Assembly (NCBI GenBank): GCA_000004985.1
Contig: GG738961.1
Reading direction: 5' to 3' (one strand)
DNA length: 18,311 bases
Source: Naegleria gruberi
Lineage: Eukaryota
A program made the position numbers and the translations under genes. The notes under the pieces were generated by a model. That model saw only the letters and a list, made by a program, of their open reading frames with translations, made no database searches and was not told the DNA's origin. This document shows, in pieces, positions 9,241-18,311 of this stretch (position 1 is the first letter of the stretch; each line of letters begins with the position of its first letter).

Positions 9241-11922
9241 CTTGTTAGGATTCAGAGTTGATTTATTTGGGTTATTTAAGAGATTACTTAGTGAAGATTT
9301 ATATCATTGATTATATTTCTTATCATCTATAAATGATGTAAATTTGATGGTTTCATTTCTTGTATTGATAGATATTTAAAGGTCAGGTCAGTACTAACTT
9401 TTGAATTATGGACTTTTAGAAGTCAAATGTTTGGGACGTGAATCTACTCATTAGATTGAATAGGTATTGCTAATAAAGTAACATTTCATTGATTTATTGA
9501 TTATAACGGTCAAATTGAGTTGAATGGAAGTGAATCTAATGTTGATTCATCGTGGAATGGTAGTTTCGCCACGTACAAACCTTTGTAGATTGAATCAGGT
9601 TGATTTGCATCTCTCCAATATGTAGCATTATCAAGAGAGTGATTATTCTCCAATTCAATGACCAATATTCAATAATCGGTTTGATTTGAATCAATAGCTT
9701 GATCAACAAGCTTTGAATCAAGATTCCAGTAATCAACGGCAGTCTATTTTTAAATTTGACCAAAGACCATATATAGTATCTTGACTTTCATGATCTGGCA
9801 ACTATCTAGATGTGTTCTTTTTTGAATAATCTATTTGAAAATGAGAAGAATTAACTCTTCTATTGAGTTTTATTGGTATTTCATGGTTTTACGATTATAA
9901 TAATCTACACAGAAATCACACTTGAAATATAAACTGTATTACAATGTATGAGAAACATAATGGTGGTGGAATTAATCAATAACTCGTTGAAATGACTGAG
10001 ATGGAATGTAAACTATGGTCTATTTGTTATGTAACGGTGACTAGACAGTGTCAATTTCATCAAATTATTTCAAACTGATAACATTCAATAAAAAAACCAC
10101 TCTATACATCAAATATACCATATAGAATGAGTTTCAATATTTAATATTGTGAACTGACTCTGTTGGATACCAGCTCTATAAATATAACAATATGAAAAGT
10201 GTCAACATTCAATTTCACATTCATGTTACTATGAAGAGTCATCATTATATCATCTAAATAGGTTGTATATCAAGTTTCAGTGGAATTGACTGTCTACATA
10301 TTGAGATGTGCATACTAAGGTTAAAGAAGTGTCACCTTCACTGATTACTGACATGAATATAACAATTGAATGTATTATTCTTGTATAATTAATTCATTAT
10401 TCAATGATTTTGATATGATGGTAAAATTTAATTTTGAAATTAAGATTCTTCCCTATTGATTACCTTAGATGTTCCTTAGTTGACTTGAAGATATTGAGCC
10501 ATGAATATAAAACTTTCTCAGATTGTTCTCCTCATCAAGAGGAGTGTATTCATATTTGATACTTGTTTGACATTTTGAAAAATGAATGAGATGGAGTATA
10601 TTCTATATGTTGAAATGTGACAATTTGACAGATTGTTATTATTATCATATTGAATTCAATTCTAAAACACTAAAATTGATACCAGTTGTATATAAGTGTG
10701 ACTAAATGTATCTGGTAAAGTTACGTGATGGTTGGATATACTTTCATTGAGACAGTGTGTACACTTGGATATAAGCACTATTGACATTAAATATTTACTG
10801 ATTGACTGAATGAAAGTATCATGAATTGTTTCAAAACGTGTATAGATGTATATAAATGATGTATTGAATGTGTATTATCAATTCTAGACTAATTGCATAT
10901 AAAATAAGTGATTTAGAGCATAATCTTTGATTTTATGTCAAAGTTCTATAGTATAGTGATAGAGTTGACAACTCAATATCTACTGAGCCAATATTCATGA
11001 AATTGATATTATATGCTAATTAGAGTGTCTACATATTATGATATCAATTTCATTGAAATTGGAGTTGATTCTATATCCTTCAGATTTCTTCAATGAAATA
11101 TCACCATGTACTATCTAACGGATGCATTTCTTGAAATGAAATTATATAATTTGATGAAAGTCCACTTTATTTGAGATGTAGAACACGATATTATCATTTA
11201 TTTTGAGATTGGTAACTTTTCCTAAAGTCTCATCCTTAATGGTCTTAATTGACTAAAAGAGGTCAAGGAGAGATTTCAAAACATAAAATAAATGATATTT
11301 TCGAGATGTACTAATGATTTCCAATCGATTGATATGTATTTTGTAGATTGAGGATGTGGTTTTCTGTATTCAAGATTTCCTCCTGATCTTCCCAAGTCAA
11401 CCTTGATAAATCACTCTTTACCTTACTGAAAGATGGAATGTTCACCAAAACGTCTAAAAACTGAATTATATACATTATCGGAGATGTGGAACATGATGGT
11501 AATGTTTCATAAAGTGGTCATTTTCCAGAAATTCATCCGTGTCCATAGTTTATCAGATGGCATGTTAGCCATGTGTGATTGAGGGAAGAAATCTTTAAAT
11601 ATTAAAGTTAAAATAAATTTGATATTCGATGTTTACTCATCAAATGGAACATTTTCATATTAGGATTCAATATGTTTTGATGAGAAACTCAAAAGTTATC
11701 GTTGACCTCTTTTACCTCACAACTTCCCTTTTCACTTGATACTTTTATATCTACAGACTTGAACTTTTATAATTTGATATGAAAGTGATTATGAATGTTA
11801 TTAATGATGATATAGACTATATAATCTCATTAAAGGATTTTGAAATTAACATTCTTCCTATAGTTTCATTTTACAAATTTTAATCTGACATTATTTACAA
11901 AGTTAATATTTTATAAATTGAA
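9241..11922. repeat. subtelomeric repeat family, copy B (~2.7 kb, the only copy fully sequenced)
   Basis: Positions 9241-9968 align with copy A and 9241-10199 with copy C's pre-gap part. Positions ~11560-11922 align with copy C's post-gap tail (17219-17586). No ORF is credible; only a 75-aa low-complexity ORF is present. The copy ends at a GGGTTTGGTTATCGG motif (11923-11937). Confidence 0.8.
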
Positions 11923-12796
11923 GGGTTTGGTTATCGGAACCTCGGATACCTCTTACTCCAATCTCTTATTGATTTAAGATTTTGAAATTGTTTATTATTG
12001 AATTTTTATAAAGAGTATTGACACGAATCAGAAGCTTCTTATTGTGACAACACTTGATAGAAGAATGGGAAAGTGGTTCAACATATTGAAAGTGAACAAT
12101 CTCAAGATTTGGAACTCTTCTTCATGAAGAGGAGGTTATTGGGTGGTGACTAGAGAGAAACATTTCCTTGTAGCTTTTCTACTAGTAAATGATTAATTGA
12201 CCAAGATGTTGACCTATAATATGGAAACACAATAAAATTTAATAATACTGATAAATACAAGTAGTGAATATGAATGGTAATCATAATTCACTGAAAAAAT
12301 CATGATTGGATCCATTATGAGACTTTTGGAAGTCAACTTGGATGGCAATAGGGGAGCTTTCGATGTGATTAACACTTTTAAAGGGATATGAATATTTTAT
12401 TGGATAAAATATGTCATCGCTGTACTTTATCACTAAATGTTGAATATCATGATGTTATAATCTATATTTCCAATTTGGGAAATGTTGTAATGTCAATGTT
12501 TAATTGAAATATTGCCATCATACCAATAATTGATTTTATACTATAAAAATGATATTATACACTATAATTGATATATATATGAATATATGATTGTAATATT
12601 TCAATTTTAACATTTATTAATGACGTGGGTTGTTCACTAAGGTAGTAACTTTGTCATATGATAACTATCTAAGATGATATTAAAATCATTCCAAAATTGA
12701 TTCGATGAGAGTATTTGATGATTATAACATGGTAATATTGAATTGGTGTTGATTAGTACCATTCATGACATGTAAGAATGTTACCTTTTTGTCAAT

Positions 12797-15700
12797 GGGG
12801 TTTGGTTAGGATTCAGAGTTGATTTATTTGGGTTATTTAAGAGATTACTTAGTGAAGATTCATATCATTGATTATATTTCTTATCATCTATTAATGATGT
12901 TAATTTGATGGTTTCATTTCTTATATTGATAGATATTTAAAGGTCAGGTCAGTACTAACTTTTGAATTATGGACTTTGAGAATTCAAATGTTTGGGACGT
13001 GAATCTACTCATTAGATTGAATAGGTATTGCTAATAAAGGAACATTTCATTGATTTATTGATTATAACGGTCAAATTGAGTTGAATGGAAGTGAATCACA
13101 TGTTGATTCATAGTGGTTGGGTAGTTTCGCCACGAAGTGGTGCAACTACCAACCTTTGTAGATTGAATCAGGTTGATTTGCATGCAATCTGAAATATGTA
13201 GCATGATTCAAGTGATTATTCACCAATTCAATGATCAATATTCAATAATCGGTTTGATTTCAATCAATAGCTTGATCATCAAGCTTTGAATTAATATTCC
13301 AGTAATTAACGGCAGTCTATTTTTAAATTTAATCAAAGACCATATATAGTATCTTGACTTTTATGATCTGGAAACTATCTAGATGTGTTCTATATTGAAT
13401 AATCTATTTGAAAATGAGATGAATTAACTCTTCTATTGAGTTTTATTGGTATTGTATGCTATTACGATTATAATAATCTACACAAAAATCACTCTTGAAA
13501 TATAAACTGTAGTAGAACGTTTGAGAAACATAATGGTGGCGGAATTAACCAATAACTCGTTGAAATGACTGAGATGGAATGTAAACTATGGTCTATTTGT
13601 CATGTAATGGTGACTAGACCGTGTCAATTTCATCAAATTATTTCAAACTGATTACAATCAATAAAAACCCGTTCCATACATCAAACATATCATATAGAAT
13701 GAGTTTCAATATTTAACATTGTGAACTGACTCTGTTGGATACCATCTCTATAAATATAACAAGATGAAAAGNNNNNNNNNNNNNNNNNNNNNNNNNNNNN
13801 NNNNNNNNNNNNNNNNNNNNNNNNNNNNNNNNNNNNNNNNNNNNNNNNNNNNNNNNNNNNNNNNNNNNNNNNNNNNNNNNNNNNNNNNNNNNNNNNNNNN
13901 NNNNNNNNNNNNNNNNNNNNNNNNNNNNNNNNNNNNNNNNNNNNNNNNNNNNNNNNNNNNNNNNNNNNNNNNNNNNNNNNNNNNNNNNNNNNNNNNNNNN
14001 NNNNNNNNNNNNNNNNNNNNNNNNNNNNNNNNNNNNNNNNNNNNNNNNNNNNNNNNNNNNNNNNNNNNNNNNNNNNNNNNNNNNNNNNNNNNNNNNNNNN
14101 NNNNNNNNNNNNNNNNNNNNNNNNNNNNNNNNNNNNNNNNNNNNNNNNNNNNNNNNNNNNNNNNNNNNNNNNNNNNNNNNNNNNNNNNNNNNNNNNNNNN
14201 NNNNNNNNNNNNNNNNNNNNNNNNNNNNNNNNNNNNNNNNNNNNNNNNNNNNNNNNNNNNNNNNNNNNNNNNNNNNNNNNNNNNNNNNNNNNNNNNNNNN
14301 NNNNNNNNNNNNNNNNNNNNNNNNNNNNNNNNNNNNNNNNNNNNNNNNNNNNNNNNNNNNNNNNNNNNNNNNNNNNNNNNNNNNNNNNNNNNNNNNNNNN
14401 NNNNNNNNNNNNNNNNNNNNNNNNNNNNNNNNNNNNNNNNNNNNNNNNNNNNNNNNNNNNNNNNNNNNNNNNNNNNNNNNNNNNNNNNNNNNNNNNNNNN
14501 NNNNNNNNNNNNNNNNNNNNNNNNNNNNNNNNNNNNNNNNNNNNNNNNNNNNNNNNNNNNNNNNNNNNNNNNNNNNNNNNNNNNNNNNNNNNNNNNNNNN
14601 NNNNNNNNNNNNNNNNNNNNNNNNNNNNNNNNNNNNNNNNNNNNNNNNNNNNNNNNNNNNNNNNNNNNNNNNNNNNNNNNNNNNNNNNNNNNNNNNNNNN
14701 NNNNNNNNNNNNNNNNNNNNNNNNNNNNNNNNNNNNNNNNNNNNNNNNNNNNNNNNNNNNNNNNNNNNNNNNNNNNNNNNNNNNNNNNNNNNNNNNNNNN
14801 NNNNNNNNNNNNNNNNNNNNNNNNNNNNNNNNNNNNNNNNNNNNNNNNNNNNNNNNNNNNNNNNNNNNNNNNNNNNNNNNNNNNNNNNNNNNNNNNNNNN
14901 NNNNNNNNNNNNNNNNNNNNNNNNNNNNNNNNNNNNNNNNNNNNNNNNNNNNNNNNNNNNNNNNNNNNNNNNNNNNNNNNNNNNNNNNNNNNNNNNNNNN
15001 NNNNNNNNNNNNNNNNNNNNNNNNNNNNNNNNNNNNNNNNNNNNNNNNNNNNNNNNNNNNNNNNNNNNNNNNNNNNNNNNNNNNNNNNNNNNNNNNNNNN
15101 NNNNNNNNNNNNNNNNNNNNNNNNNNNNNNNNNNNNNNNNNNNNNNNNNNNNNNNNNNNNNNNNNNNNNNNNNNNNNNNNNNNNNNNNNNNNNNNNNNNN
15201 NNNNNNNNNNNNNNNNNNNNNNNNNNNNNNNNNNNNNNNNNNNNNNNNNNNNNNNNNNNNNNNNNNNNNNNNNNNNNNNNNNNNNNNNNNNNNNNNNNNN
15301 NNNNNNNNNNNNNNNNNNNNNNNNNNNNNNNNNNNNNNNNNNNNNNNNNNNNNNNNNNNNNNNNNNNNNNNNNNNNNNNNNNNNNNNNNNNNNNNNNNNN
15401 NNNNNNNNNNNNNNNNNNNNNNNNNNNNNNNNNNNNNNNNNNNNNNNNNNNNNNNNNNNNNNNNNNNNNNNNNNNNNNNNNNNNNNNNNNNNNNNNNNNN
15501 NNNNNNNNNNNNNNNNNNNNNNNNNNNNNNNNNNNNNNNNNNNNNNNNNNNNNNNNNNNNNNNNNNNNNNNNNNNNNNNNNNNNNNNNNNNNNNNNNNNN
15601 NNNNNNNNNNNNNNNNNNNNNNNNNNNNNNNNNNNNNNNNNNNNNNNNNNNNNNNNNNNNNNNNNNNNNNNNNNNNNNNNNNNNNNNNNNNNNNNNNNNN

Positions 15701-17586
15701 NNNNNNNNNNNNNNNNNNNNNNNNNNNNNNNNNNNNNNNNNNNNNNNNNNNNNNNNNNNNNNNNNNNNNNNNNNNNNNNNNNNNNNNNNNNNNNNNNNNN
15801 NNNNNNNNNNNNNNNNNNNNNNNNNNNNNNNNNNNNNNNNNNNNNNNNNNNNNNNNNNNNNNNNNNNNNNNNNNNNNNNNNNNNNNNNNNNNNNNNNNNN
15901 NNNNNNNNNNNNNNNNNNNNNNNNNNNNNNNNNNNNNNNNNNNNNNNNNNNNNNNNNNNNNNNNNNNNNNNNNNNNNNNNNNNNNNNNNNNNNNNNNNNN
16001 NNNNNNNNNNNNNNNNNNNNNNNNNNNNNNNNNNNNNNNNNNNNNNNNNNNNNNNNNNNNNNNNNNNNNNNNNNNNNNNNNNNNNNNNNNNNNNNNNNNN
16101 NNNNNNNNNNNNNNNNNNNNNNNNNNNNNNNNNNNNNNNNNNNNNNNNNNNNNNNNNNNNNNNNNNNNNNNNNNNNNNNNNNNNNNNNNNNNNNNNNNNN
16201 NNNNNNNNNNNNNNNNNNNNNNNNNNNNNNNNNNNNNNNNNNNNNNNNNNNNNNNNNNNNNNNNNNNNNNNNNNNNNNNNNNNNNNNNNNNNNNNNNNNN
16301 NNNNNNNNNNNNNNNNNNNNNNNNNNNNNNNNNNNNNNNNNNNNNNNNNNNNNNNNNNNNNNNNNNNNNNNNNNNNNNNNNNNNNNNNNNNNNNNNNNNN
16401 NNNNNNNNNNNNNNNNNNNNNNNNNNNNNNNNNNNNNNNNNNNNNNNNNNNNNNNNNNNNNNNNNNNNNNNNNNNNNNNNNNNNNNNNNNNNNNNNNNNN
16501 NNNNNNNNNNNNNNNNNNNNNNNNNNNNNNNNNNNNNNNNNNNNNNNNNNNNNNNNNNNNNNNNNNNNNNNNNNNNNNNNNNNNNNNNNNNNNNNNNNNN
16601 NNNNNNNNNNNNNNNNNNNNNNNNNNNNNNNNNNNNNNNNNNNNNNNNNNNNNNNNNNNNNNNNNNNNNNNNNNNNNNNNNNNNNNNNNNNNNNNNNNNN
16701 NNNNNNNNNNNNNNNNNNNNNNNNNNNNNNNNNNNNNNNNNNNNNNNNNNNNNNNNNNNNNNNNNNNNNNNNNNNNNNNNNNNNNNNNNNNNNNNNNNNN
16801 NNNNNNNNNNNNNNNNNNNNNNNNNNNNNNNNNNNNNNNNNNNNNNNNNNNNNNNNNNNNNNNNNNNNNNNNNNNNNNNNNNNNNNNNNNNNNNNNNNNN
16901 NNNNNNNNNNNNNNNNNNNNNNNNNNNNNNNNNNNNNNNNNNNNNNNNNNNNNNNNNNNNNNNNNNNNNNNNNNNNNNNNNNNNNNNNNNNNNNNNNNNN
17001 NNNNNNNNNNNNNNNNNNNNNNNNNNNNNNNNNNNNNNNNNNNNNNNNNNNNNNNNNNNNNNNNNNNNNNNNNNNNNNNNNNNNNNNNNNNNNNNNNNNN
17101 NNNNNNNNNNNNNNNNNNNNNNNNNNNNNNNNNNNNNNNNNNNNNNNNNNNNNNNNNNNNNNNNNNNNNNNNNNNNNNNNNNNNNNNNNNNNNNNNNNNN
17201 NNNNNNNNNNNNNNNNNNTCAACATAGTTGACCGTATGATGGTTGAGGGAAGAAATCTTTAAATATGAAAGTTAAAATAAATTTGATATTCGATGTATAC
17301 TCATCAAATGGAACATTTTCATGGCAGGATTCAATATGTTTAGATGAGAAACTCAAAAGTTATAGTTGACCTATTGTACCTCACAACTTCCCTTTTCACT
17401 TGATACTTTTATACCTACAGACATGAACTTTTGAAATTTTATATGAAAGTGATTATGAATGTTGTTAACGATGATATAGACTATATAATCTCATTAAAGG
17501 ATTTTGAAATTATCATTCTTCCTATAGTTGTATATTTGAAATTTTAATCTGATATTATTTACAAAGTTAATATTTTATAAATTGAA
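12797..17586. repeat. subtelomeric repeat family, copy C (starts GGGGTTTGGTTAGGATTCAGAGTTG; interior replaced by the gap)
   Basis: Positions 12797-13771 are ~95-97% identical to copy A and copy B starts. Positions 17219-17586 match the copy B tail. An ~870 bp spacer (11923-12796) with no second copy in the window separates copies B and C. Confidence 0.75.
13772..17218. other. assembly gap (3447 N) inside repeat copy C
   Basis: Run of n characters. The equivalent interval in copy B is only ~1.36 kb (10200-11560). Confidence 0.97.
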
Positions 17587-17671
17587 AAACTAAATATACC
17601 ACGTTGTTCTACTCATCATTTCCTATCGAATGATATAAAATTTAATGATATTTGAATAAGTTTATAATTTT

Positions 17672-17722
17672 GGGCTAGGGTTTGAACGTTGGGTTTAGAA
17701 GAATTGGGTTTGGATTAGAGTT
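17672..17722 (+). repeat. interstitial cluster of degenerate telomere-like motifs
   Basis: It reads gggctagggtttgaacgttgggtttagaagaattgggtttggattagagttg. It begins with the same tgggctagg junction motif found at the true telomere junction (18021-18029). It ends in gggtttggattagagttg, which resembles the repeat-unit start gggtttggttaggattcagagttg. Confidence 0.5.
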
Positions 17723-18021
17723 GTTTTGATTTGTTACTTCGGTGGCACCATGGTCTTTATGATCTAATATAGAGTCTTTAAGTGAATCTTGGGCTTTTGG
17801 AAAGGTTTTTCAGTAAAGTTTTAAAAAAAGTATATACTTTCTATCTAGATATCGAGATTTGGTGTATTTGTTGTTTGCATTGTTATTTGGAAAGTGGTAA
17901 AGATTTCGATATTCTTTGTTGGGTTTGGTTATCGTTTCGTACTCATTGGATCTTCATTATTATTGAAATACATAATCAATGATATACATCATTAAATAGG
18001 TTACAATCTCAGCTATCCAGT

Positions 18022-18311
18022 GGGCTAGGTTGGGTTTGGGTTTGGGTTTGGGTTTGGGTTTGGGTTTGGGTTTGGGTTTGGGTTTGGGTTTGGGTTTGGG
18101 TTTGGGTTTGGGTTTGGGTTTGGGTTTGGGTTTGGGTTTGGGTTTGGGTTTGGGTTTGGGTTTGGGTTTGGGTTTGGGTTTGGGTTTGGGTTTGGGTTTG
18201 GGTTTGGGTTTGGGTTTGGGTTTGGGTTTGGGTTTGGGTTTGGGTTTGGGTTTGGGTTTGGGTTTGGGTTTGGGTTTGGGTTTGGGTTTGGGTTTGGGTT
18301 GGGTTGGGTTG
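18022..18311 (+). repeat. telomere repeat array (GGGTTT)n, G-strand 5'->3' toward the window end
   Basis: A degenerate junction (gggctaggtt) is followed by ~45 perfect GGGTTT hexamers in constant phase from 18032 to 18295. The last 16 nt are GGGTT x3 + G (18296-18311). Confidence 0.92.

Noticed and set aside
6866-9310. Very long ORFs in the six-frame track (6866-9310 +, 6896-9229 -, 13713-17225 -, 13764-17231 +, 2641-3100 both strands)
   Set aside because: These are artefacts of translating N runs as X. The flanking real sequence is only a few codons long.
9536-9763. 75-aa ORF on the minus strand inside repeat copy B
   Set aside because: It is low-complexity and I/L/K-rich, as expected by chance in AT-rich non-coding DNA. 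It is not conserved as an ORF in copies A and C because of indels. It has no start context.
18022-18311. A G3T3 telomere suggested a Paramecium-like ciliate with TAA/TAG = Gln nuclear code
   Set aside because: All four coding regions (~850 codons) contain no in-frame TAA or TAG. Where visible they end at TGA or TAA followed by non-coding AT-rich sequence. Ciliate-code genes would show many TAA and TAG codons. The GTAAGT...TTTCAG introns of 41-62 nt are also unlike 20-30 nt Paramecium introns.
1-18311. Telomerase RNA template (AAACCCAAACCC) or any tRNA, rRNA or snRNA gene
   Set aside because: Visual scanning found no CCCAAACCC-type template outside the telomere. There was no tRNA T-loop (GGTTCGAATCC-like) motif. 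There was no recognisable U1, U2 or U6 signature and no rRNA-like segment. The GC-rich island at 3735-4030 remains the only ncRNA candidate and is unresolved.
1-18311. Prokaryotic defence or mobile system such as CRISPR, toxin-antitoxin, restriction-modification or integrase
   Set aside because: The sequence is eukaryotic, with spliceosomal intron signals, A-rich Kozak-like starts, a telomere and a polyadenylation-type flank. There are no direct-repeat and spacer arrays and no operon-like gene packing.

Overview
This window is eukaryotic nuclear DNA, not prokaryotic, and I found no defence island, CRISPR array or operon-like system. Three things support a eukaryotic call: it is AT-rich at roughly 30% GC by eye; the coding regions use an A/T-biased, yeast- or dictyostelid-like codon set with AAAATGG-type start contexts; and there are short GTAAGT...YAG intron signals. 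It reads as the right end of a chromosome or scaffold. The last ~290 nt are a perfect (GGGTTT)n telomere array with the G-rich strand running 5'->3' to the window end. About 33% of the window is N: assembly gaps at 2694-3023, 6923-9214 and 13772-17218, plus a single N at 3037. The left ~6.9 kb carries genes. There is the 3' end of an unidentified + strand gene (1-242). There is a vWA-domain protein gene (733-1873, +) with an internal +1 frame break. There is a minus-strand DUF4116-like repeat protein with a mitochondrial-presequence-like N-terminus (3703 down into the gap). There is a minus-strand hypothetical protein exon (5847-6329, open to ~6430 without an ATG). Low-confidence spliced-gene signals lie in 4160-5025 and 6817-6922. 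The right ~9 kb is non-coding subtelomeric repeat. A ~2.7 kb unit is present as copy B (9241-11922) and copy C (12797-17586, interrupted by a gap). A truncated copy A (1955-2693) sits upstream between the vWA and DUF4116 genes. Copies are ~90-97% identical by eye. Each copy boundary carries a degenerate telomere-like seed (GGGTTTGGTTAGG or GGGTTTGGTTATCG). A cluster of degenerate telomere-like motifs (17672-17722) lies ~300 bp inside the true telomere. All three gaps abut or interrupt a repeat copy, so the gaps and possibly the scaffold order reflect repeat collapse. The most interesting signal here is the chromosome-end architecture, not a gene system. Nothing here can be assigned to a named species. 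A G3T3 telomere with standard stop-codon usage argues against Paramecium or Tetrahymena nuclear code.
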